NCBI GenBank assembly: GCA_025350175.1
Contig: JANXYF010000070.1
Coordinates: 1-40,357, forward strand
Source of the DNA: Nitrosopumilales archaeon
GTDB taxonomy: Archaea > Thermoproteota > Nitrososphaeria > Nitrososphaerales > Nitrosopumilaceae
Reading direction: 5' to 3'
Length of the DNA: 40,357 bases
Part shown: positions 17,981 through 26,335 of the stretch, one piece after another
Position numbering within the stretch: the first letter of the stretch is position 1
Layout: every line of letters starts with the position of its first letter
Notes under the pieces: generated by a model
Told to the model about the DNA's origin: nothing
Seen by the model: only the letters and a program-made list of their open reading frames with translations
Databases searched by the model: none
Translations under genes and position numbers: made by a program

Positions 17981-18364
17981 ATGGACTCGGAAACTTTTGG
18001 TGTAGAAAAAGGATACGGTCTACAAGCTGTGGAATGGATGAATGAGGAGGCAAAAAAATCAGGCTTGAAGTTTGAGGCAAGACTATACAATCATGAAATT
18101 ACAACAAAGAATTTTGGCATATTTGAGATGTATTCATTAATTGCAGATCCAAAAGCTGCAAGAGAGTTAACAATGAAGGTAAGCAAGCGATTTAAGATCA
18201 AAGTCATTGAAGGTGGATACAAGACAAGGAAACTTTTGGTAAAGATGGCCAAAAACGAGTATGGCATGATAAAAAAAGGAGATAGGATTGTAGGCCAGAT
18301 TGAATTTGAGTCACCTAGATTTTCACGGGGGGACTGGAAAGTAACAAAAGAAGAGAGAAAATAA
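17981..18364 (+). CDS. Hypothetical protein
   Basis: 127 aa ORF, divergent from nre, with normal composition. Confidence 0.8.
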   Translation: MDSETFGVEKGYGLQAVEWMNEEAKKSGLKFEARLYNHEITTKNFGIFEMYSLIADPKAARELTMKVSKRFKIKVIEGGYKTRKLLVKMAKNEYGMIKKGDRIVGQIEFESPRFSRGDWKVTKEERK

Positions 18365-18408
18365 CAATATAACAAGTTTCCAACATAGCAATTTATTATA
18401 ATTAAAAA

Positions 18409-18984
18409 TTAACAGGTGTTTACAGTAAGATTACTTTTCCCATTTTTACAAATTAAATATGCGTGATGATTTTCTTGCAATTCCTTTAACCATTTCATCC
18501 ATCCATTATTTGCCTTTATCTGAGATAGGTCATATGTACACAATATAGAGCCGTTTAGTTTGTCAAAGACACTATTATGAAGTATTTTTTCCCATTTCGT
18601 TTGAATTGCCATTGCTATTTCTATTCCTACATCTGGAATAGCCCTTCCCACTATTCTAAAAGGCATTTCCAGATTTGGCAACATCTTTTGGAAGGTTGTT
18701 TGAATGGAATCTAAAAAATCCAAAGTGTCTTCTGCAGGATTTCCAATATTAAGAATTTTTAGTAATCCTTTCTTTTTATAATGACTTAGATCAATGCCAA
18801 AAGATAGCATCTCTTTTTCAACTTGTTTTACGTCATCACGGGTAAGATAAATCGCCAATTCGTTTTTTTCTAGACCTTCTGTTATGAACTCAAATTCTAT
18901 TTTACGACCCATTGAGACATCATCGTATGCAACCATTAGGTGTTTTTTAGAATCAAGTGAGCCAAAAGATAATTGTGAATTCAT
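18409..18984 (-). CDS. MEDS-domain (inactive KaiC/RecA-like sensory) protein
   Basis: H..VAY, FITEGLEKNELAIY, RIVGR, ILCTYD pattern. Confidence 0.75.
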   Translation of the reverse strand: MNSQLSFGSLDSKKHLMVAYDDVSMGRKIEFEFITEGLEKNELAIYLTRDDVKQVEKEMLSFGIDLSHYKKKGLLKILNIGNPAEDTLDFLDSIQTTFQKMLPNLEMPFRIVGRAIPDVGIEIAMAIQTKWEKILHNSVFDKLNGSILCTYDLSQIKANNGWMKWLKELQENHHAYLICKNGKSNLTVNTC

Positions 18985-19019
18985 GTGATTAAAATTAGTA
19001 CTGGGAAATCTATATAGTT

Positions 19020-19594
19020 TTAGGGATTAAAAGACAAGGATGCTTTTGCAAGCAATTGAGCAACTTTAACTGGTTCAGGTATAGAACCTTGGATAGTAAG
19101 CAAGTCTAGAAATTTTTTGGCCTCTTCAAATAAACAACCTTCGTTTCTTAGGTATAGTTTGTATCCAGTGTGTAAAGTAATCTCTGTTCTTTTTCCGAGT
19201 TTGTGATATTGTTCTAGTTTTGTTTCATATGAATTTGGAAAATGATGTCGTATTGCATCTTCAATTCCTCCTGATTCTTCATATGTAACTCCTATGATTG
19301 GAATTTTTGTAGTCTCCCAGATTTTCTTGATATCTATAATATTATACATGGAGATTACGAGGCCCGAGATTATTATATAACTAATGTCATCTCGATTAAG
19401 TCTAGAGTACATGTCAAGAATTGCCCAGCTGCATCATCTCCTTCTATTGTACATTTTCCAAACACAAATCCATCAATGATAAAATCTCGCCTAATTACTA
19501 CACCTGCAAGTCTAGAGAAACTATCACCTTGCTTGAAACTCTCGGCAATAGCAAGGCCTCTAAGGCCCTTCTTTTCAAGATGTATGTGATTCAT
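19020..19594 (-). pseudogene. DUF99 (endonuclease V-like) gene split by a single-base frameshift near 19424
   Basis: ORF 19373..19594 gives the N-terminal half (LAIAESF...GVVIRRD...GDDA); ORF 19020..19412 gives the rest (SG....YNIID, IPEPVKVA); adding one base restores GDDAAxAILDMYSRL. Confidence 0.8.
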
Positions 19595-19700
19595 TATTTT
19601 TTATTTTTGAAAATCTTCTATAAACCAAACCTATGACAACCATGCAAATTGCAGTTAAAACAGACCACGAAGCCAATGCAGTAGTATCAAGTAGAGTCAA
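19575..19700 (-). CDS. Putative 41 aa single-TM protein (below the ORF-track cutoff)
   Basis: TTG start; MTLLDTTALASWSVLTAICMVVIGLVYRRFSKIKNNESHTS; TM helix followed by basic residues; overlaps the DUF99 start. Confidence 0.4.
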   Translation of the reverse strand: MTLLDTTALASWSVLTAICMVVIGLVYRRFSKIKNNESHTS

Positions 19701-19806
19701 ATCTTATAGAAAGTTACCCGCTAGAGGTATTTTAGTCAAATCAAATATGCTCTGTAACTCATGAGTACAATTAGCACCAGGATATGAGTATTATTTCTTC
19801 ATAAAA

Positions 19807-20007
19807 CTAGTCTCTTTTCATTTTACTTTCTTGGAATGGTTTTGCATCAGTCCAGCAATAATCAAAATAATCTACACACCATTCTTGAAACAACTGATCA
19901 TTTCCATAAAATCCTTCACCAAGATCAACCTCTCCAGATTTACTTGGAAACATTACACATCCCTCCTTTTCGTTTAGTATCACTACAACAGATACGTCGT
20001 CTTTCAT
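19807..20007 (-). CDS. 66 aa ORF resembling only the C-terminal part of archaeal HTH/DUF1724-type regulators; possible remnant
   Basis: VILNEKEGCVMFP...G..D....F.EWC.DYF.Y.W; ATGA overlap with the upstream gene; no HTH. Confidence 0.55.
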   Translation of the reverse strand: MKDDVSVVVILNEKEGCVMFPSKSGEVDLGEGFYGNDQLFQEWCVDYFDYCWTDAKPFQESKMKRD

Positions 20008-20921
20008 TTTATTTTTCCACTGCCAACTATTCGGATTGACGTTGATTCTGGTTTTAGTATAACACAAATATCGCCTTTTTCATACGCCGCAGGTTTTCCA
20101 AGGGAGAGTTTCATAGGATTAAGTGAGACAATCTTGACTGGTCTTATTTGCAAACATATACTTGCAAGAAACATCTGATTTGCTGCAAGAGTATCTTTGA
20201 AAAATTTGCTCTGGATATAATCAATCTCAATCTCTTGTGATGTGAGAACTGTATCAGGAAGACAGAGTGTATCTCCTCTTTGAATGTCATCAGGTGTAAC
20301 ACCCTTTGCTGCAATACCTACCCTTGCAGGAGAAACTGCTTCGGCAACAGTATCATCATGCATTTGAATTGATTTTACCATTACATCCATACCTTTTGGA
20401 AAAAGTTTGAGTGTGTCATACTGTTTTACTTTACCTTGGACAACCTTACCTAGAATTACTGCCCCTACACCCTTGACATCAAAACAATGATCAATTATGA
20501 TTTTAGGTTTACCATCTGTTGAAACAGGTTCTAGCTTATCAATTTCTTGCTTTAAGTTTTCAGGCTCAACTATGGCATATTGTTCTACGACTGTTCCCTT
20601 TATCATTGAAAGCAACGTGTTTCTGTCAACATCAAACGTATGTGATAAGATACCTTTTTTCTTTCCTAAAACATCTAGTGCGATTATTTGCTCGCCTGTA
20701 AATTTATCCAATTTTGTGACATGTAGTATTACATACTCACCCATACTAATTGCCTGAAAGAGCGGCTGTATCTTGTCTGGAAATGAGGTAGGAATAGTCC
20801 AGGTACGTAGTGTATCAGATTCTTTTCTATCATAAATTGTAATATCAGTTGCAGTTCCTTTCTTTCCAAAATCTTTGGCAAGTGATTCATCACCAAGTAA
20901 TGTGAAATTTATCGACTTCAT
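20004..20921 (-). CDS. Archaeal SelB-like / EF-Tu domain II protein (aSelBL type, degenerate G domain)
   Basis: IDHCFDVKGVGAVILG, VKSIQMHD, RVGIA.KG...RGD; no intact GxxxxGKT. Confidence 0.85.
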   Translation of the reverse strand: MKSINFTLLGDESLAKDFGKKGTATDITIYDRKESDTLRTWTIPTSFPDKIQPLFQAISMGEYVILHVTKLDKFTGEQIIALDVLGKKKGILSHTFDVDRNTLLSMIKGTVVEQYAIVEPENLKQEIDKLEPVSTDGKPKIIIDHCFDVKGVGAVILGKVVQGKVKQYDTLKLFPKGMDVMVKSIQMHDDTVAEAVSPARVGIAAKGVTPDDIQRGDTLCLPDTVLTSQEIEIDYIQSKFFKDTLAANQMFLASICLQIRPVKIVSLNPMKLSLGKPAAYEKGDICVILKPESTSIRIVGSGKIK

Positions 20922-21005
20922 TTTACTTGTAAAAATTATTGTCTAGTAAAATATCTTGTGGAGTTTATGTATAGTTAAAATTTATCATTCGGCATTCTAT
21001 TGGAT

Positions 21006-21425
21006 TTACCAGCCACGTTGAGCCAGTATTGGGGCAATAGCAGGATCTACACATGCAGGTGAACCATCTTCTGCCTTAAAGATCAGTGTAAAGCCTTGCT
21101 TGCATTGTACATCTTTTGGAGCAACTCCAGCTTTTACTTGCTCTAATGGCAACAACATCATCTTTGGTGTAACCACAACAGGTGGTGAAACTGTGGAATT
21201 GGTTGGGGTCATGGTTTTATTCATTGCGGAAGGTATTGAAGTTTGATTCATACCTGATGGCATGGTCATTGTTTTATTCGTACTTGTTTGATTAGCCATT
21301 GCTTGAGTAGTTGGAGTACCCGTAGTAAAACCTGGTCCGTATGCTGCATAAGATATACCTAATGGTAAGATTAATGCACTTACCAAAAACATGACAATTA
21401 TCGATAATGTTGTAATTTTCAACAC
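21006..21425 (-). CDS. Secreted protein with a Thr/Met-rich linker and a two-Cys C-terminal domain
   Basis: Signal peptide; PLEQVKAGV...CKQGFTLIFKAEDGSPACV...RGW, a tail I recall from AOA secreted proteins. Confidence 0.8.
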   Translation of the reverse strand: MLKITTLSIIVMFLVSALILPLGISYAAYGPGFTTGTPTTQAMANQTSTNKTMTMPSGMNQTSIPSAMNKTMTPTNSTVSPPVVVTPKMMLLPLEQVKAGVAPKDVQCKQGFTLIFKAEDGSPACVDPAIAPILAQRGW

Positions 21426-21513
21426 TGACCCTTTTTCTAATAGACATTTAAGGGTTGAGAAGAAATTTTCATCATATCAACTGTGAATATTATTACACTA
21501 GGTTCTGGCAGGT

Positions 21514-21903
21514 CTATTTTGGAACAATGTTAAAAATTGTACCCATCAAAGATTTTCCTCCAATAATTGCCCCAATAGATAGTCCGACATTTGCAACTAT
21601 GTTAAACGCTACGAGGCCCAATTGTTTGATTTCAAGAAGATTACTTGTTTCAAATGCAAAGGACGACATGGTTGTAAGTGATCCACAAAATCCTACTGCT
21701 ACAAACAATGTATAGTTTTGATCAAGGTTCCAGTGCAAAGTTATAACTGCAAAAAGACCCAGAATAAAACTGCCAACAACGTTTACAATCAATACATTTA
21801 GTGGAAGAATTCCTAAAAGCAGTGGAGATTCTGTCATCTTGTATCTAAGAAAGGCTCCCAAAACTGCACCTGCCGCAATTAATACAATTACAATTGGCTT
21901 CAT
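21514..21903 (-). CDS. crcB: Fluoride efflux channel CrcB/Fluc
   Basis: GAVLGAFLRY, NVVGSFILG, GFCGSLTTMSSF..E. Confidence 0.93.
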   Translation of the reverse strand: MKPIVIVLIAAGAVLGAFLRYKMTESPLLLGILPLNVLIVNVVGSFILGLFAVITLHWNLDQNYTLFVAVGFCGSLTTMSSFAFETSNLLEIKQLGLVAFNIVANVGLSIGAIIGGKSLMGTIFNIVPK

Positions 21904-21918
21904 TTTTGCTTAACCGCA

Positions 21919-22797
21919 TCATTTGCTCAATATAACTGCAAGAATCAGATCTACTTTATAATTTAATTCAAGTCGAGAATTCACGAGTAATTTCCAGGGG
22001 ATAAAACTTGGTTTATTAGTATTTTGTAAAAACTTGAAACCCATTTTAGTTAGTTGTAGTCGTAGTAATTTTGCATCAAGTTTTACCTTGACAGAATTTT
22101 TACCTCGTTCATAATCATACGGATCGGACAGTATTACAAATTTACTAGTGTGATGGCGAATAATTTTCAATAATTTCACAGGTTCAATCAATTCCAACAC
22201 ATTAAGAGCTACACTCAACTCGAATTTTTTATTGCCAAATGGGTGCGACAAGGAATCTGCTAGGAAAAAATCAGAGTTTTTAATTTTGTGTTTTTTTGCT
22301 TCCAACAAGGCAAAAAATGATTTATCTATTCCAAAGACTTGACCGTGATATTTTGCCAAAATCTCAGATATCATTCCTACAGAACACCCATGTTCTATAA
22401 CAGATACACATTTTGGAAGTTTCATTATAGTATTTTTGATTTTTGCTTCAAATTCTGTGTGTGTACTTTTTTCATATATTGCAACCCAGTTCTTTTCCAA
22501 ATCTGTCGTATCTTCTCCAACATGTTTGATTTCTTGTAGAGATTTTCTTATCAAAGATTTGATTTTTGGATTTTTTGCATGTAGTAAAAGATATCCTCCC
22601 AATTTGGATCTAATTGAAAAATGGAAAGATAGGCTTTCTAGTAAAAACGGAATTGATGAAATTATAGGATATTTACCTTCACAGTGCATACATGAAAGAA
22701 TCCCCTCAATAACTTCATTTTCCTTCTCAAAGATTTCAAGTTCTAATTTGTGTCCACATTTGACACATCTCAGATACTGCAAGCTAGATTCACGCAA
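21919..22797 (-). CDS. Class I SAM-dependent methyltransferase with an N-terminal Trm112-like Zn knuckle
   Basis: LRCVKC...LSCMHC..YPI...IP; EHGCSVG motif I; GIDKS; ADS...PF. Confidence 0.8.
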   Translation of the reverse strand: MRESSLQYLRCVKCGHKLELEIFEKENEVIEGILSCMHCEGKYPIISSIPFLLESLSFHFSIRSKLGGYLLLHAKNPKIKSLIRKSLQEIKHVGEDTTDLEKNWVAIYEKSTHTEFEAKIKNTIMKLPKCVSVIEHGCSVGMISEILAKYHGQVFGIDKSFFALLEAKKHKIKNSDFFLADSLSHPFGNKKFELSVALNVLELIEPVKLLKIIRHHTSKFVILSDPYDYERGKNSVKVKLDAKLLRLQLTKMGFKFLQNTNKPSFIPWKLLVNSRLELNYKVDLILAVILSK

Positions 22798-22878
22798 TAA
22801 AATTCAACACCCATCAAGAGATTAATGCCCAGGTTATAATTTGTTAGACTAAAATATCAACAAACAATTTGGACATAC

Positions 22879-23247
22879 ATGATAACAGTAGATTGCAGAA
22901 GCATATCGTCTTTAAAATCTCCACTAGCCATTTATACATCTGACCAGGTGGGAGCAGTACCAGCTTTGAAGATAAATGAATTCATGCTTGCTCCGGTAAG
23001 CGATGAAGAGATTGATTCTGGCAGAGTCATAAAAGCAATCAAAAGTTTTCTAGAGTCTCTATCCATTGAGAAACACTTTGCAGTCATACAGAAAAAAAAT
23101 ACAATTTCCATCATACCATTAGATGATTACAAATTAGAAGAACAGCCAACTCGTCCAACAGACCAGTTTTTCTCTTGTGTACATTGTGGTCATCTAACTC
23201 AGTTTGAGACAGTTCACAGAAACCACATGAAAATACATTATTTGTAG
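22879..23247 (+). CDS. Hypothetical protein with a C-terminal C2H2 zinc finger
   Basis: CVHCG...HMKIHY. Confidence 0.8.
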   Translation: MITVDCRSISSLKSPLAIYTSDQVGAVPALKINEFMLAPVSDEEIDSGRVIKAIKSFLESLSIEKHFAVIQKKNTISIIPLDDYKLEEQPTRPTDQFFSCVHCGHLTQFETVHRNHMKIHYL

Positions 23248-23274
23248 GATAGTAAAAAAGTTGGAATATTTTGT

Positions 23275-23559
23275 TTATTGAGATACGACTTCGTAAAACG
23301 TGGGTTTTGGAAGACCTTCCATGAAAGAATGTCCCTTGGATTGTATCCTAAAGTGTTCCTGAGTCTTATGCATGGTTTCAAATTTTTCCTTGGTTTCAAA
23401 TTCTACCAAAATTATATGCTTGCCATTATGTGTCTCAAGTAGTCTTCTCCTTACAAAGCCATCAAATTTTGAAAGTTCTGCGTTGGATTCCTTGATCCAA
23501 TTTTTAAATTCGTTTTCAGAACCTTTCTTTATCTGAATTTCAGCTGTAACTACAAACAT
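23275..23559 (-). CDS. Antibiotic biosynthesis monooxygenase (ABM) family protein
   Basis: MFVV...IKKGSENEF, GFVRRRLL, H...H pattern; start placed at ATG 23559. Confidence 0.8.
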   Translation of the reverse strand: MFVVTAEIQIKKGSENEFKNWIKESNAELSKFDGFVRRRLLETHNGKHIILVEFETKEKFETMHKTQEHFRIQSKGHSFMEGLPKPTFYEVVSQ

Positions 23560-23696
23560 GAAATTATACCATATTGATTTCCATAAGAATATTTCTAAGA
23601 TTCTCACATCTAGTAAATGGCAGATACACATACCTAATGCCAACACATCACTCTATCTCAATAATGCTAAATAACGGAGTAATTCGATCAAAATGT

Positions 23697-23954
23697 ATGA
23701 ATGAAAAGCTCTTGGCATATGGAGCCATCATTGGTGCCATAATCATAATGTCAACCATAGTGTTCCCATTTTGGAATTTAATTCCAACCATGGTTACAGA
23801 AAAACTCAGAGTTGTTTATGTAGAGGCTGGAAAATGTACCGCAGAAACAAAGGATGGATATATCATTCGCAACATACCTTGTGATGCAAAGATTGGAGAT
23901 AACATCACTGCGTCATACGATGTTAAAGTAAAAGATAGAGAGCACAAAATTTAG
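23697..23954 (+). CDS. Hypothetical membrane-anchored protein
   Basis: N-terminal TM segment and a two-Cys beta-rich tail; ATG 23697 preferred. Confidence 0.7.
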   Translation: MNEKLLAYGAIIGAIIIMSTIVFPFWNLIPTMVTEKLRVVYVEAGKCTAETKDGYIIRNIPCDAKIGDNITASYDVKVKDREHKI

Positions 23955-23958
23955 TCAA

Positions 23959-24315
23959 TTATAAAAGTTTTAGATCTTTTGTAACTTTATCTATCATCTC
24001 TTCTGGTGCAGGTCCTATTGAGATACAAGTGACTGTTCCAGGCTCTATCTGAGTGTGTCCTGCATCTGTTACTTCAGACCAAGGCAGATCATGCGATATT
24101 GCATCTCGTTTTACTTTATCCAATTCTGATAAGCTTGATACCTTGAGAACAACTTTTTGCTGACCATATCTTTCCCATTGATCATACCATTCTCTTTTTG
24201 ATTTTCTTACATGTTCCGCACCTAAAACACACGCATGTCCCACCTGGGCAGCAATCTTTCCAGTGCCCATTTCAAGATCTTTTCTTACAACTATTACCTG
24301 TTTAATTATACCCAT
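23959..24315 (-). CDS. pth2: Peptidyl-tRNA hydrolase Pth2
   Basis: KQVIVVRKDL.MG.GKIAAQVGHA, DAGHTQIEPGTVT. Confidence 0.96.
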   Translation of the reverse strand: MGIIKQVIVVRKDLEMGTGKIAAQVGHACVLGAEHVRKSKREWYDQWERYGQQKVVLKVSSLSELDKVKRDAISHDLPWSEVTDAGHTQIEPGTVTCISIGPAPEEMIDKVTKDLKLL

Positions 24316-24445
24316 ACTAGATTGAAATAATATTAGGGCATGTTAAACTTTTGAATTATTTTGTAGTAAAAAAACTGGAACAACCTAAAGAGACAGTAAT
24401 ACTCAATGTCATATCCATAAATAACGGGTTTGTCCCATTACATAC

Positions 24446-24589
24446 ATGCCAGGTATGAAATGCGTATCATGCGGAATTGGATTCTTTTCAGCTACTGGAT
24501 CAGACAAATGTTCCAAGTGCTCAGGCAAGGGAGACCATCACGAAGCCGCAGAAAGTCACGACTCTTGTGGTTGCGGTCATAGCCACTAA
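24446..24589 (+). CDS. 47 aa Cys/His-rich metal-binding peptide (missed by the ORF track)
   Basis: MPGMKCVSCGIGFFSATGSDKCSKCSGKGDHHEAAESHDSCGCGHSH; two CxxC plus CxC; AT-rich TATA-like element about 27 nt upstream. Confidence 0.75.
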   Translation: MPGMKCVSCGIGFFSATGSDKCSKCSGKGDHHEAAESHDSCGCGHSH

Positions 24590-24673
24590 AACCCATTTTT
24601 TCATATAAACATACAAAACAATTTTTCCAAAATACATATTGAATTAATAGTGAATACATTGATAAAAAATATC

Positions 24674-25810
24674 ATGGACTATGACGTAGTAATAGCAGGT
24701 GGAAGTGTTGCAGGATTATTATGTGCACGAGAGATTGCAGCAAAAAACCACAAAGTCCTCGTCATTGAAGAAGACTATGAAATTGGAACTCCAGAGCATT
24801 GTGGAGGAGTAGTAAGCATTCCAGCAATGGATGACTTGGGGGTAATACCAATGAGGGCCACACTTGACAACAAGATACGCTCTGCTACAATAGTTGCACC
24901 ATCTGGAAAAAGTTTTACGCTTGATGCAAGACCACAGCAGGTCATAGTCTTGGATAGACGTGAGTTTGACAAACAGATTGCACATCAAGCCCAAGTCAAC
25001 GGAGCAGAGATTAGGGTAAAATCATCATTAAGAGAGATAACAAAAGACGGTGTAAGAACTTCAGACGGTGAAATAAAATGCAAGGTAGTAGTTGATGCTA
25101 GAGGAGTATCATCGCTTATCCACAAAGACAGAACAGGTACACTCCAGTCAGCACAGTACGAAGTCTTTGCAGATTGGATAGATAAGGAAAGGATTGAAGT
25201 TCATCTGGATCAAGAAAAATATCCTGGATTTTTTGCATGGGTCATACCAACAAGAAGAGATGAAGCTAAAATAGGAGTTGCGGGAAGAGGAATAAATCCA
25301 GCACTAGTAATAGAAGAATTTCTCAAGAAAAAAGGAAAGCATTCAACGATTAGAAAAATATTTGCGCCAATTTGGATTAAAGGGCCAATCAAAGAGTTTG
25401 TCACGGGGAATGTAATCACAATAGGAGATGCCGCAGGACAGGCAAAGCCCACAACAGCAGGCGGAATTTATTCATCTGGACTTGGAGGGATATTAGCAGG
25501 AAGGTCAATTTCCAAATTTTTAGATTCAGGAAAAGAATCTAGTTTATCAGAATACCAAAAAAAGTGGACTGGAAAATTTGGTAAAGAATTTGAACACATG
25601 TTACTCGCACGTTCTCTGCTTGAAAGACTAGACAACAAGTCAATTGATTCAATATTTGATTCCATAACTCCAAAGATATTAGATGAGATCTCAAAAGAGG
25701 GAAGCTTTGATTTTCATACAACATCTGTTGCAAAGATATTAGGAGTACGTGGATCAGTCAAAGCAGTTCAAGCAATTCTTGGAAATGAATTGAGAAGATT
25801 ACTGAACTAG
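24674..25810 (+). CDS. FAD-dependent oxidoreductase, geranylgeranyl reductase family
   Basis: DVVIAGGSVAG, PEHCGG, FAWVIP, GDAAGQAKPTTAGGI. Confidence 0.88.
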   Translation: MDYDVVIAGGSVAGLLCAREIAAKNHKVLVIEEDYEIGTPEHCGGVVSIPAMDDLGVIPMRATLDNKIRSATIVAPSGKSFTLDARPQQVIVLDRREFDKQIAHQAQVNGAEIRVKSSLREITKDGVRTSDGEIKCKVVVDARGVSSLIHKDRTGTLQSAQYEVFADWIDKERIEVHLDQEKYPGFFAWVIPTRRDEAKIGVAGRGINPALVIEEFLKKKGKHSTIRKIFAPIWIKGPIKEFVTGNVITIGDAAGQAKPTTAGGIYSSGLGGILAGRSISKFLDSGKESSLSEYQKKWTGKFGKEFEHMLLARSLLERLDNKSIDSIFDSITPKILDEISKEGSFDFHTTSVAKILGVRGSVKAVQAILGNELRRLLN

Positions 25811-25860
25811 ATGATAAATGATAAGCAAGGTATAAATTCGGTCAAAATCGAGTTTTTAAC

Positions 25861-26040
25861 ATGTCGTCAACAATAGCATTACCTGTGTGCAGTTCATGCC
25901 ATAGACCAATAATGCCTAACGACAAGTGTGTCAAATTTAACTGTCCAAGCTGTGGTTCCGTACTACTTTGGAGATGCGAGAGTTGCAGAGAAGCAGCAAG
26001 AGCATACAAGTGCAATTCATGCACTTTTGAAGGACCTTAA
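25861..26040 (+). CDS. Zn-ribbon protein, DUF1610/HVO_2753-like (missed by the ORF track)
   Basis: 59 aa; CSSC...FNCPSCG....RCESCR....[11 protein letters not shown]; conserved position upstream of aEF-1beta. Confidence 0.93.
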   Translation: MSSTIALPVCSSCHRPIMPNDKCVKFNCPSCGSVLLWRCESCREAARAYKCNSCTFEGP

Positions 26041-26045
26041 AAAAA

Positions 26046-26327
26046 ATGGCACGACTTTCACTTCGAGCAAAGATTCTACCAACTGGAACTGAGATAGATC
26101 TAGACGAGGTTGCAAAAAAGATTCAGGGGGTATTAAAAGAAGGCATAGTATTTTCAAAGTATGCAAAAGAGCCACTTGCATTTGGTCTCTACTTTCTCGT
26201 TGCAGAATTTACCCTAGATGATAAAGAAGGACAAATGGATTCTCTAGAAAATGCAATTCGTTCAATCGAAGGCGTAGGAGAATTTGAAGTATTAGGTTTA
26301 AGTCGAACATCTGTCAACATGAAGTAG
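26046..26327 (+). CDS. ef1b: Translation elongation factor aEF-1beta
   Basis: KILP...DL, EPLAFGL, LE..I..IEGV. Confidence 0.92.
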   Translation: MARLSLRAKILPTGTEIDLDEVAKKIQGVLKEGIVFSKYAKEPLAFGLYFLVAEFTLDDKEGQMDSLENAIRSIEGVGEFEVLGLSRTSVNMK

Positions 26328-26335
26328 GTGGCATT

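Noticed and set aside
25842-26024. 60 aa minus-strand ORF from the track
   Set aside because: It is the antisense of the real DUF1610 Zn-ribbon gene at 25861..26040.
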